Assembly: GCA_964016885.1 (NCBI GenBank)
Contig: OZ024754.1
Coordinates: 20,956,001-21,020,000, forward strand
DNA from: Eledone cirrhosa
Lineage: Eukaryota
DNA length: 64,000 bases
Direction of reading: 5' to 3'
In this document: positions 43,101 to 57,200 of the stretch, piece by piece
Layout of the letters: the number at the start of each line of letters is the position of its first letter
How positions within the stretch are numbered: the first letter of the stretch is position 1
The notes under the pieces: generated by a model
Told to the model about the DNA's origin: nothing
What the model saw: the letters and a program-made list of their open reading frames with translations, nothing else
Database searches by the model: none
Translations under genes and position numbers: made by a program

Positions 43101-46100
43101 TATTAACATAGACTCCCTCCCATATTACCCTTGGTATTAACATAGACTCCCTCCCATATTAGCCTTGGTATTAACATAGGGACTCCCTGCCATATTAGAC
43201 TTGGTATTAACATAGACTCCCTCCCATATTACCCTTGGTATTAACATAGACTCCCTCCCATATTACCCTTGGTACTAACATAGACTCCCTCCCATATTAC
43301 CCTTGGTATTAACATAGGGACTCCCTCCTATATTAGACATGGTATTAACATAGACTCCCTCCCATATTACCCTTGGTATTAACATGCACTCCCTCCCATA
43401 TTAGACTTGGTATTAACATAGACTCCCTCCCATATTAGACTTGGTATTAACATAGGGACTCCCTCACATATTACCCTTGGTATTAACATAGAGACACCCT
43501 CCCATATTACCCTTGGTATTAACATAGAGACTCCCTCCCATATTAGACTTGGTATTAACATAGACTACCTCCCATATTACCCTTGGTATTAACATAGGGA
43601 GTCCCTCCCATATTACACTTGGTATTAATATAGAGACTCCCTCCCATATTACCCTTGGTATTAACATAGACTCCCTCCCATATTAGCATTCGTATTAACA
43701 TAGGGACTCCCTCCCATATTACCCTTGGTATTAACATAGGGACTCCCTCCCATATTAGACTTGGTATTAACATAGACTCCCTCCCATATTACCCTTTTTA
43801 TTATCATAGGGACTCCCTCCCATATTACCCTTGGTATTAACATAGACTCCCACCCATATTACCCTTGGTATTAACATAGACTCCCTCCCATATTACCCTT
43901 GGTATTAACATAGACTCCCTCCCATATTACCCTTGGTATTAACATAGACTCCCTGCCATATTATCCTTTGTATTAACATAGACTCCCTCCCATATTACCC
44001 TTAGTATTAACATAGACTCCTCCCATATTACCCTTGGTATTAACATAGACTCCCTCCCATATTAGCCTTGGTATTAACATAGGGACTCCCTCCCATATTA
44101 CCCTTGGTATTAACATAGGGACTCCCTGCCATATTAGACTTGGTATTAACATAGACTCCCTCCCATATTACCCTTGGTACTAACATAGACTCCCTCCAAT
44201 ATTACCCTTGGTATTAACATAGGGACTCCCTCCCATATTAGACTTGGTATTAACATAGGGACTCCCTCCCATATTACCCTTGGTATTAACACAGACTCCC
44301 TCCCATATTAGCCTTGGTATTAACATAGACTCCCTCCCATATTAGCCTTGGTATTAACATAGGGACTCCCTCCCATATTACCCTTGGTATTAACATAGGG
44401 ACTCTTTCACATATTACCCTTGGTATTAACATAGAGACACCCTCCCATATTACCCTTGGTATTAACATAGGGACTCTTTCACATATTACCATTGGTATTA
44501 ACATAGGGACTCCCTCCCATATTACCCTTAGTATTAACATAGACTCCCTCCCATATTACCCTTGGTATTAACATAGACTCCCTGCCATATTATCCTTTGT
44601 ATTAACATAGACTCCCTCCCATATTACCCTTAGTATTAACATAGACTCCTCCCATATTACCCTTGGTATTGACATAGACTCCCTCCCATATTAGACTTGG
44701 TATTAATATAGAGACTCCCTCCCGTATTACCCTTGGTATTAACATACACTACCTCCCATATTACCCTTCGTATTAATATAGAGACTCCCTCCCATATTAC
44801 CCTTGGTATTAACATAGACTTCCTCTCATATTAGCCTTGGTATTAACATAGGGACACCCTCCCATATTACCCTTGGTATTAACATAGGGACTCCCTCCCA
44901 TATTACCCTTGGTATTAACATAGACTCCCTCCCATATTAGCCTTGGTATTAACATAGAGAATCCCCACCCCCTTATTACCCTTGGTAGTAATATAGACTC
45001 CCTCCCATATTACCCTTGGTATTTAACATAGAGACGCCCTCCCATATTACCCTTGGTATTAACATAGAGACGCCCTCCCATATTACCCTTGGTATTAACA
45101 TAGACTCCCTCCCATATTACCCTTGGTATTAACATAGACTCCCTCCCATATTACCCTTGGTATTAACATAGAGACTCCCTCCCATATTACCCTTGGTATT
45201 AACATAGACTCCCTCCCATATTAGACTTGGTATTAACATAGACTCCCTCCCATATTACCCTTGGTATTAACATAGACTCCCTCCCATATTACCCTTGGTA
45301 TTAACATTGACTCCCTCACATATTAGCCTTGGTATTAACATAGACTCCCTCCCATATTACCCTCGGTATTAACATTGACTCCCTCACATATTACCCTTGG
45401 TATTAACATAGACTCCCTCCCATATTACCCTTGGTATTAACATAGGGACTCCCTCCCATATTACCCTTGGTATTAACATAGGGACTCCCTCCCATATTAG
45501 CCTTGGTATTAACATAGACTCCCTGCCATATTATCCTTTGTATTAACATAGACTCCCTCCAATATTACCCTTGGTATTAACATAGACTCCTCCCATATTA
45601 CCCTTGGTATTAACATAGACTCCCTCCCATATTAGCCTTGGTATTAACATAGAGAATCCCCACCCCCTTATTACCCTTGGTATTAATATAGACTCCCTCC
45701 CATATTACCCTTGGTATTAACATAGAGACTCCCTCCCATATTACCCTTGGTATTAACATAGACTCCCACCCATATTACCCTTGGTATTAACATTGACTCC
45801 CTCACATATTAGCCTTGGTATTAACATAGACTCCCTCCCATATTACCCACGGTATTAACATTGACTCCCTCACATATTACCCTAGGTATTAACATAGACT
45901 CCCTCCCATATTACCCTTGGTATTAACATAGGGACTCCCTCCCATATTACCCTTGGTATTAACATAGGGACTCCCTCCCATATTAGCCTTGGTATTAACA
46001 TAGACTCCCTCCCATATTAGCCTTGGTATTAGCATAGAGACTCCGTCCCGTATTACCCTTGGTATTAACATAGACTCACTCCCATATTACCCTTGGTATT

Positions 46101-49100
46101 AACATAGGGACTCCCTCCCATATTACACTTGGTATTAACATAGACTCCCTCCCATACTACCCTTGGTAGTAACATAGGGACTCCCTCCCGTATTAGCCAT
46201 GGTATTAACATAGATTCCCTCCCATATTACCCTCGGTATTAACATAGGGACTCCCTCCCGTATTAGCCATGGTATTAACATAGACTCCCTCCCATATTAC
46301 TCTTGGTATTAACATAGACTCCCTCCCATATTAGCCTTGGTATTAACATAGAGACTCCCTCCCATATTACCCTTGGTATTAACATAGACTCCATCCCATA
46401 CTACCCTTGGTAGTAACATAGGGACTCCCTCCCGTATTAGCCATGGTATTAACATAGACTCCCTCCCATATTACCCTTGGTATTAACATAGACACCCTCC
46501 CATATTACCCTTGGTACTATCATATGGACACCCTCCTATATTACCCTTGGTATTAACATAGACTCCCTCCCATATTAGCCTTGGTATTAACATAGGGACT
46601 CCCTCCCATATTACCCTTGGTATTAACATAGGGACTCCCTGCCATATTAGACTTGGTATTAACATAGACTCCCTCCCATATTACCCTTGGTATTAACATA
46701 GACTCCCTCCCATATTACCCTTGGTACTAACATAGACTCCCTCCCATATTACCCTTGGCATTAACATAGGTACTCCCTCCTATATTAGACTTGGTATTAA
46801 CATAGACTCCCTCCCATATTACCCTTGGTATTAACATGCACTCCTTCTATATCAGACGTGGTATTAACAGAGGGAATCCCTCCCATATTATCCTTGGTAT
46901 TAATACATACTCCCTCCCATATTAGCCTTGGTATTAACATAGGGACTCCCTCCCATATTAGACTTGGTATTAACATAGACTCCCTCCCGTATTACCCTTG
47001 GTATTAACATAGGGACTCTTTCACTTATTACCCTTGGTATTAACATAGAGACACCCTCCCATATTACCCTTGGTATTAACATAGAGACTCCCTCCCATAT
47101 TAGACTTGGTATTAATATAGAGACTCCCTCCCATATTACCGTTGGTATGAACATAGACTCCCTCCCATAGTAGCCTTCGTATTAACATAGGGACTCCCTC
47201 GCATATTACCCTTGGTATTAACATAGGGACTCCCTCCCATATTACCCTTGGTATTATCATAGGGACTCCCTCACATATTACCCTTGGTATTAACGTAGAC
47301 TCCCTCCAATATTACCCTTGGTATTAACATAGACTCCCTCCCATATTACCCTTGGTATTAACATGCACTCTCTTCTATATCAGACGTGGTATTAACATAG
47401 GGACTCCCTCCCATGTTAGACTTGGTATTAACATAGGTACTCCCTACCATATTACCCTTGGTATTAACACAGACTCCATCCCATATTAGCCTTGGTATTA
47501 ACATAGGGACTCCCTCCCATATTAGACTTGGTATTAACATAGACTCCCTCCCATATTAGACTTGGTATTAACATAGGGACTCCCTCCCATATTACCCTTG
47601 GTATTAACATAGGGACTCCCTCCCATATTACACTTGGTATTAATATAGAGACTCCCTCCCATATTACCCTTGGTATTAACACAGACTCCCTCCCATATTA
47701 GACTTGGTATTAATATAGAGACTCCCTCCCATATTACCCTTGGTATTAACATACACTCCCTCCCATATTAGACTTGGTATTAATATAGAGACTCCCTCCC
47801 ATATTACCCTTGGTATTAACATAGACTACCTCCCATATTACCCTTGGTATTAATATAGAGACTCCCTCCCATATTACCCTTGGTATTAACATAGACTCCC
47901 TCCCATATTAGCCTTCGTATTAACATAGGGACTCCCTCCCATATTACCCTTGGTATTAAAATAGGGACTCCCTCCTATACTAGACTTGGTATTAACATAG
48001 ACTCCCTCCCATATTACCATTGGTATTAACATAGACTCCCTCCCATATTATCCTTGGTATTAACATAGACTCCCTCCCATATTACTCTTGGTATTAACAT
48101 AGACTCCCTCCCATATTACCCTTGGTATTAACATAGACTCCCTCCCATATTAGCCTTGGTATTAACATAGGGACTCCCTGCCATATTAGACTTGGTATTA
48201 ACATAGACTCCCTCCCATATTACCCTTGGTATTAACATAGACTCCCTCCCATATTACCCTTGGTACTAACATAGACTCCCTCCCATATTACCCTTGGTAT
48301 TAACATAGGGACTCCCTCCTATATTAGACATGGTATTAACATAGACTCCCTCCCATATTACCCTTGGTATTAACATGCACTCCCTTCTATATCAGACGTG
48401 GTATTAACATAGGGACTCCCTCCCATATTAGCCTTGGTATTAACATAGGGACTCCCTCCCATATTAGACTTGGTATTAACATAGACTCCCTCCCATATTA
48501 GACTTGGTATTAACATAGGGACTCCCTCACATATTACCCTTGGTATTAACATAGAGACACCCTCCCATATTACCCTTGGTATTAACATAGAGACTCCCTC
48601 CCATATTAGACTTGGTATTAACATAGACTACCTCCCATATTACCCTTGGTATTAACATAGGGAGTCCCTCCCATATTACACTTGGTATTAATATAGAGAC
48701 TCCCTCCCATATTACCCTTGGTATTAACATAGACTCCCTCCCATATTAGCATTCGTATTAACATAGGGACTCCCTCCCATATTACCCTTGGTATTAACAT
48801 AGGGACTCCCTCCCATATTAGACTTGGTATTAACATAGACTCCCTCCCATATTACCCTTTTTATTATCATAGGGACTCCCTCCCATATTACCCTTGGTAT
48901 TAACATAGACTCCCACCCATATTACCCTTGGTATTAACATAGACTCCCTCCCATATTACCCTTGGTATTAACATAGACTCCCTCCCATATTACCCTTGGT
49001 ATTAACATAGACTCCCTGCCATATTATCCTTTGTATTAACATAGACTCCCTCCCATATTACCCTTAGTATTAACATAGACTCCTCCCATATTACCCTTGG

Positions 49101-51200
49101 TATTAACATAGACTCCCTCCCATATTAGCCTTGGTATTAACATAGGGACTCCCTCCCATATTACCCTTGGTATTAACATAGGGACTCCCTGCCATATTAG
49201 ACTTGGTATTAACATAGACTCCCTCCCATATTACCCTTGGTACTAACATAGACTCCCTCCAATATTACCCTTGGTATTAACATAGGGACTCCCTCCCATA
49301 TTAGACTTGGTATTAACATAGGGACTCCCTCCCATATTACCCTTGGTATTAACACAGACTCCCTCCCATATTAGCCTTGGTATTAACATAGACTCCCTCC
49401 CATATTAGCCTTGGTATTAACATAGGGACTCCCTCCCATATTACCCTTGGTATTAACATAGGGACTCTTTCACATATTACCCTTGGTATTAACATAGAGA
49501 CACCCTCCCATATTACCCTTGGTATTAACATAGGGACTCTTTCACATATTACCATTGGTATTAACATAGGGACTCCCTCCCATATTACCCTTAGTATTAA
49601 CATAGACTCCCTCCCATATTACCCTTGGTATTAACATAGACTCCCTGCCATATTATCCTTTGTATTAACATAGACTCCCTCCCATATTACCCTTAGTATT
49701 AACATAGACTCCTCCCATATTACCCTTGGTATTGACATAGACTCCCTCCCATATTAGACTTGGTATTAATATAGAGACTCCCTCCCGTATTACCCTTGGT
49801 ATTAACATACACTACCTCCCATATTACCCTTCGTATTAATATAGAGACTCCCTCCCATATTACCCTTGGTATTAACATAGACTTCCTCTCATATTAGCCT
49901 TGGTATTAACATAGGGACACCCTCCCATATTACCCTTGGTATTAACATAGGGACTCCCTCCCATATTACCCTTGGTATTAACATAGACTCCCTCCCATAT
50001 TAGCCTTGGTATTAACATAGAGAATCCCCACCCCCTTATTACCCTTGGTAGTAATATAGACTCCCTCCCATATTACCCTTGGTATTTAACATAGAGACGC
50101 CCTCCCATATTACCCTTGGTATTAACATAGAGACGCCCTCCCATATTACCCTTGGTATTAACATAGACTCCCTCCCATATTACCCTTGGTATTAACATAG
50201 ACTCCCTCCCATATTACCCTTGGTATTAACATAGAGACTCCCTCCCATATTACCCTTGGTATTAACATAGACTCCCTCCCATATTAGACTTGGTATTAAC
50301 ATAGACTCCCTCCCATATTACCCTTGGTATTAACATAGACTCCCTCCCATATTACCCTTGGTATTAACATTGACTCCCTCACATATTAGCCTTGGTATTA
50401 ACATAGACTCCCTCCCATATTACCCTCGGTATTAACATTGACTCCCTCACATATTACCCTTGGTATTAACATAGACTCCCTCCCATATTACCCTTGGTAT
50501 TAACATAGGGACTCCCTCCCATATTACCCTTGGTATTAACATAGGGACTCCCTCCCATATTAGCCTTGGTATTAACATAGACTCCCTGCCATATTATCCT
50601 TTGTATTAACATAGACTCCCTCCCATATTACCCTTGGTATTAACATAGACTCCTCCCATATTACCCTTGGTATTAACATAGACTCCCTCCCATATTAGCC
50701 TTGGTATTAACATAGAGAATCCCCACCCCCTTATTACCCTTGGTATTAATATAGACTCCCTCCCATATTACCCTTGGTATTAACATAGAGACTCCCTCCC
50801 ATATTACCCTTGGTATTAACATAGACTCCCACCCATATTACCCTTGGTATTAACATTGACTCCCTCACATATTAGCCTTGGTATTAACATAGACTCCCTC
50901 CCATATTACCCACGGTATTAACATTGACTCCCTCACATATTACCCTTGGTATTAACATAGACTCCCTCCCATATTACCCTTGGTATTAACATAGGGACTC
51001 CCTCCCATATTACCCTTGGTATTAACATAGGGACTCCCTCCCATATTAGCCTTGGTATTAACATAGACTCCCTCCCATATTAGCCTTGGTATTAGCATAG
51101 AGACTCCGTCCCGTATTACCCTTGGTATTAGCATAGACTCACTCCCATATTACCCTTGGTATTAACATAGGGACTCCCTCCCATATTACACTTGGTATTA
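41100..51200. repeat. Tandem duplication of ~5.0 kb (junction ~46130)
   Basis: ORF offsets 41456/46483 (5027), 42367/47358 (4991), and 43464/48527, 44286/49349 and 45889/50952 (5063). The offset changes are 36 and 72 bp. Confidence 0.92.
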
Positions 51201-54200
51201 ACAGAGACCCCCCCCCCCCATATTACCATAAGTATTAACATAGACTCCCTCCCATGTTAGCCTTGGTATTAACATAGACTCCCTCCCATATTACCCTTGG
51301 TATTAACATGCACTCCCTTCTATATCAGACGTGGTATTAACATAGGGACTCCCTCCCATATTAGCCTTGGTATTAACATAGGGACTCCCTCCCATATTAG
51401 ACTTGGTATTAACATAGACTCCCTCCCATATTAGACTTGGTATTAACATAGGGACTCCCTCACATATTACCCTTGGTATTAACATAGAGACACCCTCCCA
51501 TATTACCCTTGGTATTAACATAGAGACTCCCTCCCATATTAGACTTGGTATTAACATAGACTACCTCCCATATTACCCTTGGTATTAACATAGGGAGTCC
51601 CTCCCATATTACACTTGGTATTAATATAGAGACTCCCTCCCATATTACCCTTGGTATTAACATAGACTCCCTCCCATATTAGCATTCGTATTAACATAGG
51701 GACTCCCTCCCATATTACCCTTGGTATTAACATAGGGACTCCCTCCCATATTAGACTTGGTATTAACATAGACTCCCTCCCATATTACCCTTTTTATTAT
51801 CATAGGGACTCCCTCCCATATTACCCTTGGTATTAACATAGACTCCCACCCATATTACCCTTGGTATTAACATAGACTCCCTCCCATATTACCCTTGGTA
51901 TTAACATAGACTCCCTCCCATATTACCCTTGGTATTAACATAGACTCCCTGCCATATTATCCTTTGTATTAACATAGACTCCCTCCCATATTACCCTTAG
52001 TATTAACATAGACTCCTCCCATATTACCCTTGGTATTAACATAGACTCCCTCCCATATTAGCCTTGGTATTAACATAGGGACTCCCTCCCATATTACCCT
52101 TGGTATTAACATAGGGACTCCCTGCCATATTAGACTTGGTATTAACATAGACTCCCTCCCATATTACCCTTGGTACTAACATAGACTCCCTCCAATATTA
52201 CCCTTGGTATTAACATAGGGACTCCCTCCCATATTAGACTTGGTATTAACATAGGGACTCCCTCCCATATTACCCTTGGTATTAACACAGACTCCCTCCC
52301 ATATTAGCCTTGGTATTAACATAGACTCCCTCCCATATTAGCCTTGGTATTAACATAGGGACTCCCTCCCATATTACCATTGGTATTAACATAGGGACTC
52401 TTTCACATATTACCCTTGGTATTAACATAGAGACACCCTCCCATATTACCCTTGGTATTAACATAGGGACTCTTTCACATATTACCATTGGTATTAACAT
52501 AGGGACTCCCTCCCATATTACCCTTAGTATTAACATAGACTCCCTCCCATATTACCCTTGGTATTAACATAGACTCCCTGCCATATTATCCTTTGTATTA
52601 ACATAGACTCCCTCCCATATTACCCTTAGTATTAACATAGACTCCTCCCATATTACCCTTGGTATTGACATAGACTCCCTCCCATATTAGACTTGGTATT
52701 AATATAGAGACTCCCTCCCGTATTACCCTTGGTATTAACATACACTACCTCCCATATTACCCTTCGTATTAATATAGAGACTCCCTCCCATATTACCCTT
52801 GGTATTAACATAGACTTCCTCTCATATTAGCCTTCGTATTAACATAGGGACACCCTCCCATATTACCCTTGGTATTAACATAGGGACTCCCTCCCATATT
52901 ACCCTTGGTATTAACATAGACTCCCTCCCATATTAGCCTTGGTATTAACATAGAGAATCCCCACCCCCTTATTACCCTTGGTAGTAATATAGACTCCCTC
53001 CCATATTACCCTTGGTATTTAACATAGAGACGCCCTCCCACATTACCCTTGGTATTAACATAGAGACGCCCTCCCATATTACCCTTGGTATTAACATAGA
53101 CTCCCTCCCATATTACCCTTGGTATTAACATAGACTCCCTCCCATATTACCCTTGGTATTAACATAGAGACTCCCTCCCATATTACCCTTGGTATTAACA
53201 TAGACTCCCTCCCATATTAGACTTGGTATTAACATAGACTCCCTCCCATATTACCCTTGGTATTAACATAGACTCCCTCCCATATTACCCTTGGTATTAA
53301 CATTGACTCCCTCACATATTAGCCTTGGTATTAACATAGACTCCCTCCCATATTACCCTCGGTATTAACATTGACTCCCTCACATATTACCCTTGGTATT
53401 AACATAGACTCCCTCCCATATTACCCTTGGTATTAACATAGGGACTCCCTCCCATATTACCCTTGGTATTAACATAGGGACTCCCTCCCATATTAGCCTT
53501 GGTATTAACATAGACTCCCTGCCATATTATCCTTTGTATTAACATAGACTCCCTCCCATATTACCCTTGGTATTAACATAGACTCCTCCCATATTACCCT
53601 TGGTATTAACATAGACTCCCTCCCATATTAGCCTTGGTATTAACATAGAGAATCCCCACCCCCTTATTACCCTTGGTATTAATATAGACTCCCTCCCATA
53701 TTACCCTTGGTATTAACATAGAGACTCCCTCCCATATTACCCTTGGTATTAACATAGACTCCCACCCATATTACCCTTGGTATTAACATTGACTCCCTCA
53801 CATATTAGCCTTGGTATTAACATAGACTCCCTCCCATATTACCCACGGTATTAACATTGACTCCCTCACATATTACCCTTGGTATTAACATAGACTCCCT
53901 CCCATATTACCCTTGGTATTAACATAGGGACTCCCTCCCATATTACCCTTGGTATTAACATAGGGACTCCCTCCCATATTAGCCTTGGTATTAACATAGA
54001 CTCCCTCCCATATTAGCCTTGGTATTAGCATAGAGACTCCGTCCCGTATTACCCTTGGTATTAACATAGACTCACTCCCATATTACCCTTGGTATTAACA
54101 TAGGGACTCCCTCCCATATTACACTTGGTATTAACAGAGACCCCCCCCCCATATTACCATAAGTATTAACATAGACTCCCTCCCATGTTAGCCTTGGTAT

Positions 54201-54220
54201 TAACATAGACTCCCTCCCAT
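48340..54220. repeat. Tandem duplication with 2933-bp period
   Basis: ORF pairs 48370/51303, 49349/52282 and 50952/53885 all have offset 2933. Confidence 0.92.
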
Positions 54221-57200
54221 ATTAGCCTTGGTATTAACATAGACTCCCTCCCATATTAGCCTTTGTATTAACATAGATTCCCTCCCATATTACCCTTGGT
54301 ATTAACATAGGGACTCCCTCCCATATTAGCCTTGGTATTAACATAGACTCCCTCCCATATTACCCTTGGTATTAACATAGACTCCCTCCCATGTTAGCCT
54401 TGGTATTAACATAGACTCCCTCCCATATTAGCCTTGGTATTAACATAGACTCCCTCCCATCTTAGCCTTGGTATTAACATAGACTCCCACCCATATTACC
54501 CTTGGTATTAACATAAGGACTCCCTCCCATATTACCCTTGGTATTAACATAGGAACTCCCTCCCATATTACCCTTGGTATTAACATAGACTCCCTCCCAT
54601 ATTACCATTGGTATTATCATAGGGACTCCCTCCCATATTACCCTTGGTATTAACATAGACTCCCTTCCATATTACCCTTGGTATTAACATAGACACCCTC
54701 CCATATTACCTTTGGTATTCTGATAGGGACACCCTCCCATATTAACATTGGTATTAACATAGACTCCCTCCCATATTACCCTTGGTATTAACATAGACTC
54801 CCACCCATACTACTCTTGGTATTAACATAGGGACTCCCTCCCGTATTAGCCATGGTATTAACATACACTCCCTCCCATATTAGCCTTGGTATTAACATAG
54901 AGACTCCCCCCATATTACCCTTGGTATTAACATAGACACCCTCCCATATTACCCTTGGTATTATCATATGGACACCCTCCCATATTACCCTTGGTATTAA
55001 CATAGACTCCCTCCCATATTAGCCTTGGTATTAACATACGGACTCCCTCCCATATTACCCTTGGTATTAACATAGGGACTCCCTGCCATATTAGACTTGG
55101 TATTAACATAGACTCCCTCCCATATTACCCTTGGTACTAACATAGACTCCCTCCCATATTACCCTTGGTATTAACATAGGGACTCCCTCCTATATTAGAC
55201 TTGGTATTAACATAGACTCCCTCCCATATTACCCTTGGTATTAACATGCACTCCCTTCTATATCAGACGTGGTATTAACATAGGGACTCCCTCCCATATT
55301 AGACTTGGTATTAACATAGGGACACCCTCCCATATTACCCTTGGTATTAACACAGACTCCCTCCCATATTAGCCTTGGTATTAACATAGGGACTCCCTCC
55401 CATATTAGACTTGGTATTAACATAGACTCCCTCCCATATTACCCTTTTTATTATCATAGGGACTCCCTCCCATATTACCCTTGGTATAAACATAGACTCC
55501 CACCCATATTACCATAAGTATTAACATAGACTCCCTCCCATGTTAGCCTTGGTATTAACATAGACTCCCTCCCATATTAGCCTTGGTATTAACATGCACT
55601 CCCTTCTATATCAGACGTGGTATTAACATAGGGACTCCCTCCCATATTAGCCTTGGTATTAACATAGGGACTCCCTCCCATATTAGACTTGGTATTAACA
55701 TAGACTCCCTCCCATATTAGACTTCGTATTAACATAGGGACTCCCTCACATATTACCCTTGGTATTAACATAGAGACACCCTCCCATATTACCCTTGGTA
55801 TTAACATAGAGACTCCCTCCCATATTAGACTTGGTATTAACATAGACTACCTCCCATATTACCCTTGGTATTAACATAGGGACTCCCTCCCATATTACAC
55901 TTGGTATTAATATAGAGACTCCCTCCCATATTACCCTTGGTATTAACATAGACTCCCTCCCATATTAGCATTCGTATTAACATAGGGACTCCCTCCCATA
56001 TTACCCTTGGTATTAACATAGGGACTCCCTCCCATATTAGACTTGGTATTAACATAGACTCCCTCCCATATTACCCTTTTTATTATCATAGGGACTCCCT
56101 CCCATATTACCCTTGGTATTAACATAGACTCCCACCCATATTACCCTTGGTATTAACATAGACTCCCTCCCATATTACCCTTGGTATTAACATAGACTCC
56201 CTCCCATATTACCCTTGGTATTAACATAGACTCCCTGCCATATTATCCTTTGTATTAACATAGACTCCCTCCCATATTACCCTTAGTATTAACATAGACT
56301 CCTCCCATATTACCCTTGGTATTAACATAGACTCCCTCCCATATTAGCCTTGGTATTAACATAGGGACTCCCTCCCATATTACCCTTGGTATTAACATAG
56401 GGACTCCCTGCCATATTAGACTTGGTATTAACATAGACTCCCTCCCATATTACCCTTGGTACTAACATAGACTCCCTCCAATATTACCCTTGGTATTAAC
56501 ATAGGGACTCCCTCCCATATTAGACTTGGTATTAACATAGGGACTCCCTCCCATATTACCCTTGGTATTAACACAGACTCCCTCCCATATTAGCCTTGGT
56601 ATTAACATAGACTCCCTCCCATATTAGCCTTGGTATTAACATAGGGACTCCCTCCCATATTACCCTTGGTATTAACATAGGGACTCTTTCACATATTACC
56701 CTTGGTATTAACATAGAGACACCCTCCCATATTACCCTTGGTATTAACATAGGGACTCTTTCACATATTACCCTTGGTATTAACATAGGGACTCCCTCCC
56801 ATATTACCCTTAGTATTAACATAGACTCCCTCCCATATTACCCTTGGTATTAACATAGACTCCCTGCCATATTATCCTTTGTATTAACATAGACTCCCTC
56901 CCATATTACCCTTAGTATTAACATAGACTCCTCCCATATTACCCTTGGTATTGACATAGACTCCCTCCCATATTAGACTTGGTATTAATATAGAGACTCC
57001 CTCCCGTATTACCCTTGGTATTAACATACACTACCTCCCATATTACCCTTCGTATTAATATAGAGACTCCCTCCCATATTACCCTTGGTATTAACATAGA
57101 CTTCCTCTCATATTAGCCTTCGTATTAACATAGGGACACCCTCCCATATTACCCTTGGTATTAACATAGGGACTCCCTCCCATATTACCCTTGGTATTAA

